Source of the DNA: an uncultured delta proteobacterium
GTDB lineage: Bacteria; Myxococcota_A; UBA9160; SMWR01
Assembly (NCBI GenBank): GCA_963832165.1
Contig: CAWHTE010000004.1
Location: 576,001 to 640,000, forward strand
Length of the DNA stretch: 64,000 nucleotides
Reading direction: 5' to 3'
Shown: piece by piece, positions 40,468-51,048 of the stretch
Position numbering within the stretch: the first letter of the stretch is position 1
Layout of the letters: each line of letters begins with the position of its first letter
The notes under the pieces: model-generated
Databases searched by the model: none
The model's input: the letters and a program-made list of their open reading frames with translations, nothing else
What the model was told of the DNA's origin: nothing
Made by a program: the position numbers and the translations under genes

Positions 40468-41987
40468 CGCCGCCGAGCCTGCTCCACGATCCGGTCGTAC
40501 TCTTCCTTGAACACGCGCCGCGCCCGTTCGGCGGGAACGAGGTACCCCTCGCGCAGGTGCTCGGCGTCCCAGTGGGACGGCCAGGTCCAGCCGTAGTGGT
40601 CGGCGAGCGTGGCGGACAGCACCGCGATTGCGAACGCGAGCACGAGCACGACCGCGATGCCGGGAACCGGCGGCAGCGGCCAGATCGCCTCGGGCGTGAC
40701 GGAGGCCTTCTGGATCACGCTGATGCTCGCGAGCTTCTCGTTGTCCATCTCGTGGGACAGGCGCGCTTCCTGGAGCCGCTTCTCGTAGGTGGCGTATTGC
40801 GCTTCGCCCGCGTCGCGGTCGCGGCGCAGCTGGCGGTGTGCCGACGAGAGCGCGGGCATCTGGTCGCGCTCGGCCTCGGACTTGGCGAGATCGGCCACGA
40901 GCTCGGCGCGCCGCTGCTGGAGCAGGCCGATCTGGGAGTCGACCTCGCCCTTGCGCGCACCGATGAACTGCTTCACGACGGCGAGCCGGCGGTTCGTGTT
41001 CTCGCGCAGGTGTCCCTTGACCTTCGAGGCCTCGAGCTCGAGCGCGAGCCGATCGCGCTGCGCCTGGGCGAGCGCGCTGTTCTCGTTGACTGCCGACATC
41101 CGCACCTGGGTGATCTGGGAGTCGATGGCGTCGATCTGCTGGCGGATCTCGCCGAGGTGCTGCGTGAGTGCGGCCTGCGGCGACTCTTCGGCGAACACGG
41201 GATGCGCGATCTCGAACTCGCGCAGCTCGGCCTCGGCCTTGTCGAGTGTCTGACGGTAGTCGGCCACGCGATCCTCGAGGAAGCTCGCGACCTCGGGATC
41301 GCCGAACGCGCCGAGGTGGGCCTCGGTGAACTTCTCGATCAGTGAGGTCACGGTGGACTTCGCGATCGCGGCATCGGGATGGCGGAAGCTCACCTGCAGC
41401 ACGTCCGCTTCGGGCAACGCGAGCACGACCAGCCCCTCGCGCAGGCGCGCGACGGACATGGCATGGACGGAGGAAGCGACCTGCTCGGCTTCGGGCTCTT
41501 CGGCGGACTCGGTGAGCTGCTCGGCGAGATCCGGGTACAGGTTGGGCAGACCGACTGCCGCCACGGCGCCCTCGATCACGGGCTCGCTGCGCATGATCGC
41601 GAGCTCCGAGTTGATCACGGTCTGCTTGTCGCGCGATGTCACGGCGCGCTGATCGCCGACCTGCGGCGTGTAGATCAGCTCGCGGCCGAACTTCACGAGC
41701 AGGAGCGCGGTCGATTCGAACTGCGGCGTCTGGAGCACCACCATGAGCCCGAGCACGACCGCCGTTCCCGCGAACACCGCTGCAAACAGCCGGAACTGGC
41801 GCTGGATCAGCGCATAGATCTCGCGGAGCTGGGCCTCGAAGCGGTCGATCGAGCGCAGGTTCGATCGCCGCGGCATGTACGTCGGTTGAGGAGCTTCCGC
41901 GAGCCGGCGCAACGCGTCGGCGAGGCCCGGCGTCCGGACGGGCATCCGTTCCTGCTCGGGCCGCTGGTTGGGGTTGGGGGTCGACAT
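40464..41987 (-). CDS. Polysaccharide co-polymerase / chain-length determinant (GumC/Wzc N-terminal type, no kinase domain)
   Basis: Two TM segments flanking a long coiled coil; INSELAIMRS, ISVIQKA. Confidence 0.85.
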   Translation of the reverse strand: MSTPNPNQRPEQERMPVRTPGLADALRRLAEAPQPTYMPRRSNLRSIDRFEAQLREIYALIQRQFRLFAAVFAGTAVVLGLMVVLQTPQFESTALLLVKFGRELIYTPQVGDQRAVTSRDKQTVINSELAIMRSEPVIEGAVAAVGLPNLYPDLAEQLTESAEEPEAEQVASSVHAMSVARLREGLVVLALPEADVLQVSFRHPDAAIAKSTVTSLIEKFTEAHLGAFGDPEVASFLEDRVADYRQTLDKAEAELREFEIAHPVFAEESPQAALTQHLGEIRQQIDAIDSQITQVRMSAVNENSALAQAQRDRLALELEASKVKGHLRENTNRRLAVVKQFIGARKGEVDSQIGLLQQRRAELVADLAKSEAERDQMPALSSAHRQLRRDRDAGEAQYATYEKRLQEARLSHEMDNEKLASISVIQKASVTPEAIWPLPPVPGIAVVLVLAFAIAVLSATLADHYGWTWPSHWDAEHLREGYLVPAERARRVFKEEYDRIVEQARRR

Positions 41988-42014
41988 GGGGTGCTCCTTC
42001 GGCCGGTGCGCGGC

Positions 42015-43172
42015 CTACTCTCCGATGGTCGCGAGCCGCGTGACCGGTCGCGCGCTCGGCGCGGCGGTCAGCTCGCGATAGAGGTGAAGTAGACGCTCCG
42101 CGACGACGGGGAGCGAGTAGTCGGAGGTGGCGCGCTCGCGCGCGCGGAGCCCGAATTGCTGCCGCAGCGCCGAGTCGGCGAGTACGGAGGCGAGCGCATC
42201 GGCGAGCGCGATCGGGTCGCCCGGCTCGACGAGCCGTCCGCTCCGCCCGTCTTCGATCATCTCGCCGGCCGCTCCGACGGACGTGGCCACGATCGCGAGC
42301 CCGGCCGCCATCGCCTCGAGCAGCGCATTCGAGAGCCCCTCGCTGCTCGACGGCTGCGCGAACGCGTCCGCTGCGCGGAGATACGGCGTGACGTCGGCGA
42401 CGTCGCCCGTGAAGCGCACGCCGGGCGGCGCTGCGCGGCGCAGCTCGGCCTCACAGGCGCCGCCGCCCAGGACGGCCAGCTCGGCCTCGGGATGCGCGAT
42501 CCGCACCCGCGTCCACGCCGCGAGCAGATCTTCGACGCGCTTCTCCGGCACGAGTCGTCCCGCGTAGACCACGAGCGGATGATGGCTGAAGCCGAGCCGC
42601 GCGCGCAGCTCCGCGCGCTCCTGCGCAGTGGCGGGTCGGAATTCCTGCGCATCGACGCCGTTGGGGATGAAGCAGCGCCGCTCCGGCGCCACGCGCAGCT
42701 CGTCGAGCTCCGCGTCGATCTCGCGGCTGATCGAGATGAAGCGATCGATGCCGCGCGCGAGCGCCGCCGCGCGGCGCGCGCCGAACGGCTTGCGCCGCAG
42801 CCGCACGGCATCTCCGAACAGCCCGCCGCGCAGCACCTTCACGACGGTCGGCACGCCGAGCACGCGTTTCGCGAACAGCGCCACGGTCGCGGGGGAGAAC
42901 AGGCTGTAGGCGTGCAGCACGTCGGGTCGCGAGCGCACGAGTCGCAGCGCGGCCTCGGCCGCGAAGCTCTGGCTGGCTCCGGCACCGGGTCGACCCAGGC
43001 GCCGCACCGGCACGTCCGCGATCCGCTCGCTCCGGGGCAGACCGGGCACCGCGCGCGTCCACACCTCGAGATCGACGCCGCCCGCGGCGAGCAGCGGCGC
43101 CACGCGCGCGAGCTGGTGCTGCGCGCCACCCGTGATCGGGTGGTAGTCGAGGATCGGCATTACTACGCGCAA
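42015..43172 (-). CDS. Glycosyltransferase family 4
   Basis: TTG start after GGAGGAG; GGAQHQ, IPNGVD, GRLVPEK, EGLSNALLEAMAAG. Confidence 0.9.
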   Translation of the reverse strand: MRVVMPILDYHPITGGAQHQLARVAPLLAAGGVDLEVWTRAVPGLPRSERIADVPVRRLGRPGAGASQSFAAEAALRLVRSRPDVLHAYSLFSPATVALFAKRVLGVPTVVKVLRGGLFGDAVRLRRKPFGARRAAALARGIDRFISISREIDAELDELRVAPERRCFIPNGVDAQEFRPATAQERAELRARLGFSHHPLVVYAGRLVPEKRVEDLLAAWTRVRIAHPEAELAVLGGGACEAELRRAAPPGVRFTGDVADVTPYLRAADAFAQPSSSEGLSNALLEAMAAGLAIVATSVGAAGEMIEDGRSGRLVEPGDPIALADALASVLADSALRQQFGLRARERATSDYSLPVVAERLLHLYRELTAAPSARPVTRLATIGE

Positions 43173-44311
43173 CGAGTCTCCTCCCGCGCGGGCAGGACCC
43201 GGTGAGCATGGCGCGTTCGGATCACCTCGGCATAGAGCGCCACGTGTCGTTTGGCCCATGCCTGTGCGCCGAAGTGCGCGCTCGCGCGCGCTCGGCCGCC
43301 TGCGCCGAGCTGCTGGCGCTGGGCGGGATCGGCGACGAGCTCTGCGATCGCGCTCGCGAGCGCCGCGGGATCGCGCGGGGGCACGAGCACGCCCGAGCTC
43401 GCGTCGAGCACGCGCGGCACATCCCCCACGTCGGTGGCGACCACGGGCAGCCCGGCGGCCATCGCCTCGAGCAGCGCGACGGGCATTCCCTCCCAGTGCG
43501 AAGAGTTCACATAGAGGTCGCTCGCCGCGAGCAGACGCGACACGTCCGTGCGCAGGCCGAGCAGGCGTGCGCGCGGTGCGAGGCCAAGGCTCTCGATCTC
43601 GCGCGCGACGCTGTCCACGAGGCGCCCGCGTCCCGCGATGCGCAGCTGGGGTGCGGGGCCCGGACCCACGGGGAGCTTTGCGAACGCGCGCACGAGGTCG
43701 CTGTACGCCTTCTGCGGCACGACCCGTCCGACCGCGAGCAGGAGCGGCGCACCTTCGGGAACGCCGAGCTCGCGGCGCACCTCGGCGCGCTCGTGCGGCG
43801 ACAGAAGCGCAGGCTCCCCGACCGCGTTCGGGATCACGTCGATCACGCGGCCGACCTCGCGCTCGTGGACGCCCGCGGTCTCCCAGCCCACGGCGATCAC
43901 GCGATCGGCGCGACGCAATATCCACCGCTCTGCGATCTGCAATGCGCGGCCCACGTTGGTGCTGCGCCGCGTATTGTGCAGCGTGACCACGAGCGGTGTG
44001 CGCGTGAGCTCACCCGCGAGGCCCGCGAGCACGGTCGAGCGCACGAGGTGCGCGTGCAGGAGGTCGAAGCGCTCGCCGCGGATGAAGCGCAGCAGCGCGT
44101 GGGCGCGTCGCGGATCGGCAAAGCTCCGGGCCGGGAAGGTCACTACGCGCACGCCGCGGTCGCGCAGCTCCGCCTCGGAATCGGGGAACTCGCGCAGCGT
44201 GATCACGGTGAGCTCGACCAGGCGCGGATCGAGAGCCTCCGCGAAGGTGTGCTGCAGGCGTTCGGCCCCGCCGGTCACGTGCACGCGGTCGATGATCTGC
44301 GCGATGCGCAT
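43163..44311 (-). CDS. Glycosyltransferase family 4
   Basis: MRIAQII...GGAE, IPNAV, VGRVVPQK, SHWEGMPVALLEAMAAG. Confidence 0.9.
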   Translation of the reverse strand: MRIAQIIDRVHVTGGAERLQHTFAEALDPRLVELTVITLREFPDSEAELRDRGVRVVTFPARSFADPRRAHALLRFIRGERFDLLHAHLVRSTVLAGLAGELTRTPLVVTLHNTRRSTNVGRALQIAERWILRRADRVIAVGWETAGVHEREVGRVIDVIPNAVGEPALLSPHERAEVRRELGVPEGAPLLLAVGRVVPQKAYSDLVRAFAKLPVGPGPAPQLRIAGRGRLVDSVAREIESLGLAPRARLLGLRTDVSRLLAASDLYVNSSHWEGMPVALLEAMAAGLPVVATDVGDVPRVLDASSGVLVPPRDPAALASAIAELVADPAQRQQLGAGGRARASAHFGAQAWAKRHVALYAEVIRTRHAHRVLPAREETRCA

Positions 44312-44313
44312 GG

Positions 44314-45699
44314 TCACGCCTCGCTCGTGCGGCGGACCAGCACGCGCGCGAGCGGTGTCGAGTAGACAGTCGAGACGGGAGCCGACAGCCCGCGCAGCGC
44401 CATCGCGATGCCGACGAACAGCCAGAAGAAGCGCGGATAGGCGAGGTGCAGGAACGTCGATCCGATCAGGAAGCCGATGAACGCGATGCCGAGCGCGGTG
44501 GCGAGGTGGACGTGGTCGGTATCGCCCGCGATCGCGAAGGTCCGGCGCGTGTGCTGGATCCCGGTCAGCGCGAACGCGAGCATGCCGCCGAGCACGGCGA
44601 GACCCACGAGACCGTTCTCGGCCGCAATCTCGAGATATAGACTGTGCGCGGCGCGCTCCTCTCGGCGCCCGTCGAGTGCGATCACGCGCGCATACTGCGG
44701 GTAGTGGATCTCGTAGTTGCCGCTGCCCACGCCCAGCAGCGGATGGTCGCCGAACATCATGGCTGCGGAGCGCACCTCTGAAAGCCGGCCGCGAATCGCG
44801 GAGTCGTCCACGTGGTGGCCGCGCAATCCCTGCCAGACCTGATTGAAGGTGCCCATGCGCTGGACGTAGGTGTCGGGCAGGAACGCGATCCCGATCAGCG
44901 CGAGCGGCGCGCACGCGAGCGCGATCCGGGGCCAGCGCGGCACCGTGAGCAGCATGAGCAGCGCGAGTGCAGCCAGCGTCAAGAACCCCCCGCGCGAGTA
45001 GGTGAATCCCATCGCAGCGACGATCGGCACGAGGCTCGCGAAGGCCGCAGCGCGCGCGACCCGCGCGCGCGCGTGGAACACGCGGTCGGCGGCAAGCGGC
45101 ACGAGCGCCACAAGGATCAGCGCGAAGTAGTTCGGGGAGAGCGGTCCGGCGCTGCGCAGGCCCTCGGTCTCGTCGAGCAGGTTGCGCAGCTCGCCGCGCG
45201 CGAAGCCGCCGTAGGTCGAGCCGAAGTTGCCGGTGAGCGTCTGGTGCACGGTCAGGAGCGCGAGGAACGCACCCGCGGCGATCAGCGCCCACACGAGCGG
45301 CCCGAGCTGCTCGCGCCGGCGCAGGAACAGCGTCGCGATCAGCACGATGAACAGCGCATCGAAGTAGTCGAACAGCGACTCTGCGGCGCGTGTGGTGTCG
45401 GTCGCGTACAGGAACGAGGCGAAGATCACCGCTCCCCAGGCCACGAGCCACCAGAGCGCGCCCTTCCACACGTTGCCACCCGGCTCGCCCGAGAACGCCC
45501 AGCGCGCGAGCGCGAACGCCACCAGCGCGGGCGCCAGGAGCATGAAGAACGAGGGCAGGCCGTACTCCGTGCGCAGCGTGTCGGGCGCGTTCGTGTAGAT
45601 CACGGCGGCGAAGTAGGCCGGAATCCAGGCCGGGCGGAACGCGCACACGACCGCGCCTCCGGCAATGAACGCGAGCGCGAGCAGGGCTGCCGGGTGCAT
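44314..45699 (-). CDS. O-antigen ligase/Wzy-like polymerase
   Basis: Multi-TM; PNYFA, TYSRGG, HPLLGVG, AHSLYLEIAAENGLVG. Confidence 0.87.
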   Translation of the reverse strand: MHPAALLALAFIAGGAVVCAFRPAWIPAYFAAVIYTNAPDTLRTEYGLPSFFMLLAPALVAFALARWAFSGEPGGNVWKGALWWLVAWGAVIFASFLYATDTTRAAESLFDYFDALFIVLIATLFLRRREQLGPLVWALIAAGAFLALLTVHQTLTGNFGSTYGGFARGELRNLLDETEGLRSAGPLSPNYFALILVALVPLAADRVFHARARVARAAAFASLVPIVAAMGFTYSRGGFLTLAALALLMLLTVPRWPRIALACAPLALIGIAFLPDTYVQRMGTFNQVWQGLRGHHVDDSAIRGRLSEVRSAAMMFGDHPLLGVGSGNYEIHYPQYARVIALDGRREERAAHSLYLEIAAENGLVGLAVLGGMLAFALTGIQHTRRTFAIAGDTDHVHLATALGIAFIGFLIGSTFLHLAYPRFFWLFVGIAMALRGLSAPVSTVYSTPLARVLVRRTSEA

Positions 45700-46878
45700 C
45701 AGCTCTCCTCGAGCGCGGGTGTGATCGCGGGCGCGCGCTCGGGAACCCACGAGCGATGGCGGCGCCCGCGCGCGACGTCGGCGAGCGCGAGCACGCCCGC
45801 CAGCAGCACGAGATCGAGATAGAGCGGCAGCGCGAGCGCGCGCGGAAGTCCGTGATCGCGCAGCCACCAGCCCGCGAGCGCGGCGCCGTGCGCGATCGCC
45901 TGGGCGATCGCCGCAGCCGCGTAGAGGGGATGGCTCGGTGCGAGCGCGACCGCGCACACGAAAGCCAGCGCGACAGGAATGCCCAGCGCGCGCCGCAACA
46001 CCTTGTGCGTGAAGAGCTGCAGCGCATAGAAGCCGTGGCGGCGCGGATCGAGCAGCGCGCGCCGCTCCCAGACGCTCGCGAGGCCGCGCGCCGCCACCCG
46101 CACCTTGCGCCGGAACTCCGCACGCGCCGAGCGCTGGACGGGTCCCGTCGCGATGGCATCCTCGGCGAACCACAGCCGCCGTCCCGCTGCGATCGCGCCC
46201 GTGGAGACGAAGAAGTCGTCGGTCACGCCGTCGGGAACGGGCTCGAACAGCTCGGCGCGGATCGCGTAGAGCTGGCCCGTGGCCGAGGTCATGCTGCCCG
46301 CGCGGCACTCGAGCCGCTTCCAGAGGCGGTCGAAGCTCCAGTAGGCGCGCTCGCCTTCGCCTCCGGTACCCGCATAGCGGAAGTCGCCGCCCACGGCGCC
46401 GATCGCGGGGTCGGAGAGCGGCGCGACGAGCCGCCGGATCGCGTCGGGCGCGAGGTGGCTGTCGGCATCGCTGAACACGAGGACGTCTCCAGTCGCTGCT
46501 GCGACCGCCTCGTTCAGCGCCGCGTTCTTGCCCAGGCGGGGCAGCGAGAGCAGCCTGCGCGAGGGACCGTCGGGAGCGGCGGCCCAGAGCTCGGCGACGC
46601 GTTCGTCGGTGCCGTCGTCGGATCCGTCGGAGGCGAAGATCACCTCGAGCCGATCGGCTGGATAGTCGATCGCCGCGGTATTGGCGAGCTTCGCATCGAC
46701 TTCGGCGCGCTCGTTGTACGCGACGATCAGATAGCTCACGCGCGGGCAGCGCACCCGTGGCGCGCGGCGCGCGCGCCGGGAACAGCGCGCGCAGCGCGAG
46801 CACGAGCGGCCAGCCCAGCGCCGTGTAGAGCACGAGCGCGACCGACGCCCAGAACAGCGCGGCGAGCACGGCGCTCAT
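45699..46878 (-). CDS. Glycosyltransferase family 2; apparent frameshift at 46744-46746
   Basis: N-terminal TM MSAVLAALFW in one frame, PRVSYLIVAYNE, SDGSDDGT, GKNAALN, FSDAD, TDDF in the other. Confidence 0.85.
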
Positions 46879-48138
46879 CCCGACACCTCGCTCGCGGCCA
46901 GCCGCTCCACGCGTGCGCGCGAGGACACGCGCGCGAGCGCGCCCGCGAACAGCTCGCACAGCCGGTCTGCGCTGCGATCGATATCGAACTCGGCCTCGAC
47001 GCGGAGGCGCCCCTCGGCGCCGAGCCGGCGCCGCAGCGCGGGATCGCCCGCGAGACGCCAGAGCGCGTCGGCGAGTGCGTTCGCATCGCTCGGGTCGACG
47101 AGCAGTCCCGTGTGTTCGTGGACGACGAGCTCCGGGATCCCCGAGATCGCGGTCGCCACGACCGGCTTCCCGAGCGCCATCGCCTCCATGAGCGCGACCG
47201 GAATTCCGTCGCGGCGGCCCGCCGCGGTGACGACGCTCGGCAGGGCCACGGCGCTCGAGGCCGCGATCAGCGCGAGAGCGCGTGCGCGCGGCTGGGGCCC
47301 GTGCAGCACCACGCGGTCGGCGAGCCCGAGCGCGGCGATGCGATCCGCCAGCGCGCTGCGGTCGCGGCCATCGCCGACGAGATCGCAGCGCACGTCGACG
47401 CCGCGGCGCACGAGCTCCGCGCATGCGTCGAGCAGGCGTGCCTGGCCCTTCTTCTCTTCGAGCCGCGCGACGCACGCGATCCGGAACGGCCCGTCCGCGG
47501 GATCCCGCGGTCGGCCGGATCTGGGCGGTCGATACACCGCAGTGCACCACCTCGATGCGCGGCGCGTGTGCGCCGAGCCGGTCGAGCAGGAAGCGGCGGT
47601 TGTACTCCGAGATCGCGACGACGAAGGCGGCGCGGCGCGCCTTCTCGACGAGCATGGTCTGCTGCACGAACAGATCGTCGGCGTGCGTGGTGAAGCTGTA
47701 CGAGAGCCCGGTCAGGCGGTGGACGATCCAGGCGCCGAGCGCCGTGTGCGTGGCCCAGTGCGCGTGCACGTGTGCGGCACCGCGGCGCTGCATCTGCAGC
47801 GCGTAGCACGAGGCGAACACCGCCACCGCGATCGAGCGCACGAGCAGTCGGGTCGAGCGGCGGTGCTCCCAGAGCACACGCGCCCACACGCCGAGCAGCG
47901 CGCGCGGCGCGCGCGCGAGCCACACGAGCTGGGCGAGCCACAGCGCGGGAGACCACAGCGGCGCAACCGTGCAGCGCTGCGCCCATCGCTCCGCTTCGGG
48001 ATGGGAGACCGCTTCGCGCGCGCGCACGAGCGCGAACAGCTCCACTTCGACGCCGCGGCGCTCGAGCGCGAGCAGCTCGTCGAGGATGAAGCTCTCCGAG
48101 AGCTTGGGAAAGCGCGAGACGAAGTAGGCGACCCTCAC
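46875..48138 (-). CDS. Glycosyltransferase family 4 (WcaL-like); apparent frameshift near 47510
   Basis: VAYFVSRFPKLSESFI, HVHAHW, SFTTHA in one frame; VARLEEKKG, DGIPVALMEAMA in another. Confidence 0.85.
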
Positions 48139-49661
48139 GAGCGCGCCCCTTCGAAGCTGGGCTGGCGGCGGTCGAGCGCGTTGCGCAGCACCGCGAGCCC
48201 CGTGGCCACGAACTGCCTCGCGAGCACGCAGAGCGCCAGTGCGTAGACGAGCACGCCCGTCGCGATACCGGCGACGAGCTGGACCCAGCCGGGCTGCGCG
48301 GCGAGGCGCGCGTTCACCGCATACACCGCGACGGCCATCGCGCCGCACGCGAGCAGCACCGGCACGGTGCGGCCGAGCATGGCTCCGACCGGCAGGCCGA
48401 AGACCGAGCGCGCCATGCCGAGCTCGAGCGTCATCATGACGAGCGCGACGCCGGCCTGCGCCCAGCCGACCGCGGTCGCACTGCCGCCATGGACGGCCGC
48501 TGCCCAGAGAGCGGGAACCGCGAGCGCGAGTCGAATGAATCCGAGCCGCGTGAGCATGTCGGGGCGTCCCAGCGCCTTGTAGAGGTCGCCGATGTTGAAC
48601 GACACCGAGACGAACAGCGCATACAGGCAGATCGGCGGCACCACGGGCGCCACGTCGATCCACTTTTCCGAGAAGGCCGTGACGACGACGGGCTCCGCGA
48701 GCAGCGCGAGGCCGACGGCCATCGGCGCGGTGACGGCCAGCACGTAGTTCGTAGTGGTCGCGAACGCGACGTCGACCGAGGTTCGCTCCTCGCGAAGCTT
48801 CGAGTAGATCGGCATGAGCACCTGGCCGAGCACCGCGACCAGATTGCGGATCAACAGGTCCGGCAGGCGAAACGCGAGCGTGTAGGTGCCCAGCGCGGCC
48901 GCTCCGAGCACGCGCCCGACCACGAGATAGTCGAAGTTGCGCACCGCGGCGCCGAGCGTGTTCACGGCGACGAGGTGGCCGCCGAACGGGATCAGTCCGG
49001 CCGCTGCGGTGCGGTCGAAGATCAGGCGCGGGCGCCAGCGCAGCACGTACCAGTAGACGGGCACCGACGCGAGCGCGCCCCCGAGTGTTCCGCCCACGAG
49101 GGCCCAGGCGCCGAAGCCCGCGAACGCGAGCGCGATCGAAGCGATGCCCTTGAACAGCGATCGCGTGAGCTCGGGCAGGATGCTGTTCCGGAACGCGAGC
49201 CGCTTGCGCAGCATCGCGCCGTGCACGTTCGCGAGCGCCTCGATCGGGAAGATCAGGCCCATCGCGCGCGTGACGCCGACTGCACGCGCGTCGTCGAACA
49301 GGAATTCGGAAAGGGGAGCCAGCACCCAGACGATCGCGGTGCCCGCGAGCGCGGCCGCGAGCCCGAGCCAGAACCCCGTGCTGCGGTAGCGCTCGTCGTC
49401 GGCGTGATAGATCAGCGCGGGTCCGAGCCCGAGCGTGGGGACCGGCCCGAACAACGCCATGAGCGTGAGCGCGTACGCCGCGACGCCGAAGTCGTCGGGG
49501 TCGAGCAGGCGCGCGAGCACGATCGTCGACACGAGCACCATGCCCTTGCCGGCGAACTCGGAGGCGAAGCGCCAGCCCGCGCCGCGGATCGCAGCGGTCG
49601 CGATCCCGCTGCGCGGGTGCGCAACGGGCTCATCGCCCGCCGTGGGGTGCACGTTCAGCAC
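48135..49661 (-). CDS. Wzx-type polysaccharide flippase
   Basis: LARLLDPDDFG, multi-TM, DYLVVGRVLGAAALGTY; start approximate. Confidence 0.88.
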   Translation of the reverse strand: MLNVHPTAGDEPVAHPRSGIATAAIRGAGWRFASEFAGKGMVLVSTIVLARLLDPDDFGVAAYALTLMALFGPVPTLGLGPALIYHADDERYRSTGFWLGLAAALAGTAIVWVLAPLSEFLFDDARAVGVTRAMGLIFPIEALANVHGAMLRKRLAFRNSILPELTRSLFKGIASIALAFAGFGAWALVGGTLGGALASVPVYWYVLRWRPRLIFDRTAAAGLIPFGGHLVAVNTLGAAVRNFDYLVVGRVLGAAALGTYTLAFRLPDLLIRNLVAVLGQVLMPIYSKLREERTSVDVAFATTTNYVLAVTAPMAVGLALLAEPVVVTAFSEKWIDVAPVVPPICLYALFVSVSFNIGDLYKALGRPDMLTRLGFIRLALAVPALWAAAVHGGSATAVGWAQAGVALVMMTLELGMARSVFGLPVGAMLGRTVPVLLACGAMAVAVYAVNARLAAQPGWVQLVAGIATGVLVYALALCVLARQFVATGLAVLRNALDRRQPSFEGARS

Positions 49662-50758
49662 CCCCCGCGCGATCGGAAAACCTCGCCCACCGTGAGGAAC
49701 AGAATCTTCAGGTCGAACCCGAGCGAACGGCGATCGATGTATTCCATGTCGAGGCGCAGCCGCTCGTCGAATTCGGTGTGGCCGCGGCCGACCACCTGCC
49801 AGAGGCCCGTGATGCCCGGGACGACGTCGAGGCGCGCCGTTTGCCAGACCGCGTAGGTCTCGGGTGCGAACGATGTCGGCCGCGGACCGACCCACGACAT
49901 CTCACCGCGCAGGACGTTGAGCACCTGCGGCAGCTCGTCGAGGCTCGACTTGCGCAGGAAGCGGCCGAGTCGCGTGATGCGGGGATCGTTCTCGATCTTG
50001 AAGTCGGGCCAGGTCAGCTGATTCAGGTGCGCGTAGGTCTGCTTCAGCTCCTCCGCGTTCGGGACCATCGTGCGGAACTTGAACATGGGGAAGCGCGCGC
50101 CCCCGCGTCCCGTGCGCTGCTGGAGGAAGAACACGGGCGCGCGCGGAGCGCTGAGCTTGATCAGGAGCGCGACCAGCGCGATCGCGGGCAGCCAGACCGG
50201 CGCCGTGAGCACGCTGAACAGGACATCGAAGGCGCGCTTGAGGGATGCGGCGCGGCGGTGCGTCGCGTGGTCGAGTCGGGTCACCCGGTCGGTGCGAATC
50301 CACGCGGACTCGGTCTTCTCGAGTGGGGGGCCGGGCTCCTGGTGCCCGCGCGCATCGACCACGGCGAGGTCGATCAGGTCGTCGAGCACGAGCGCGTCGA
50401 GCGGGAAGGTCGCGGCGCCGACCCGCACCGGGGCCGGTGCCACGGTCTTCCAGATCCGCTGGGAGAGCTCTTTCGCACCCTGGGCATTCGTGGAGGGGCA
50501 GAACACGGCGTAATGGCCGGCTCCATCGCCGTTTCCCCAGCGCAGCAGCAGGTCGGTGCGGCGCAACGTCGCCGCAACATCATGCTCTATCTGCCCAAAA
50601 TCCGGACTCTCTGGGGCGCTGTCCGTCGCGATCTCGAGCGCGACGACGCTGAACTCCTGCTCGGTTCGGCGGCTCAGCGCAAACAACATTTCTGCAAACT
50701 CGAGCTCGACGGAGCTCGTGGGGGCAGAAATCGGACGCACATGGGTCGGGTTCAACAC
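49655..50758 (-). CDS. Priming sugar (phosphoglycosyl) transferase with N-terminal degenerate GGDEF-like domain
   Basis: [46 protein letters not shown]-terminal [15 protein letters not shown]...VGAATFP. Confidence 0.88.
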   Translation of the reverse strand: MLNPTHVRPISAPTSSVELEFAEMLFALSRRTEQEFSVVALEIATDSAPESPDFGQIEHDVAATLRRTDLLLRWGNGDGAGHYAVFCPSTNAQGAKELSQRIWKTVAPAPVRVGAATFPLDALVLDDLIDLAVVDARGHQEPGPPLEKTESAWIRTDRVTRLDHATHRRAASLKRAFDVLFSVLTAPVWLPAIALVALLIKLSAPRAPVFFLQQRTGRGGARFPMFKFRTMVPNAEELKQTYAHLNQLTWPDFKIENDPRITRLGRFLRKSSLDELPQVLNVLRGEMSWVGPRPTSFAPETYAVWQTARLDVVPGITGLWQVVGRGHTEFDERLRLDMEYIDRRSLGFDLKILFLTVGEVFRSRGGC

Positions 50759-50811
50759 AGCAACTACCTATGAGGAGCAACGAATCCAGCCGGGGGGCTG
50801 GCCACAACCGA

Positions 50812-50827
50812 TGCAACAGCCGTACCT
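50812..50827 (-). promoter_or_regulatory. Candidate sigma54 promoter of the polysaccharide operon
   Basis: Minus strand AGGTACGGCTGTTGCA (GG-N10-GC, TTGCA). Confidence 0.55.
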
Positions 50828-50920
50828 AAGGAATCTTTACGAACCCCGATACCGCGTGTCCATCATATTCGGGTGTACTCGACCCCCCAGCTGGTGTCGG
50901 ACTCCCCACACAGAGTCCCC

Positions 50921-50936
50921 AGGCCGGGAAATTGCA
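50921..50936 (+). promoter_or_regulatory. Candidate sigma54 promoter of the export gene
   Basis: AGGCCGGGAAATTGCA (GG-N10-GC, TTGCA). Confidence 0.45.
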
Positions 50937-51048
50937 AGGCTTTCGCCCCGGTAGGTGACGCTGGGCCGGCGGCGGGTTACACCCGTGAATCAGATCGTGC
51001 GAAGTTCCGAGGCCGGGCAGATGATTGCGGTCCCGAGGGAGTTACCGA

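Noticed and set aside
44314..48663. 1449-aa ORF as a giant GT-Wzy fusion
   Set aside because: It strings together pieces of three genes through two frameshifts; each has its own coupled start.
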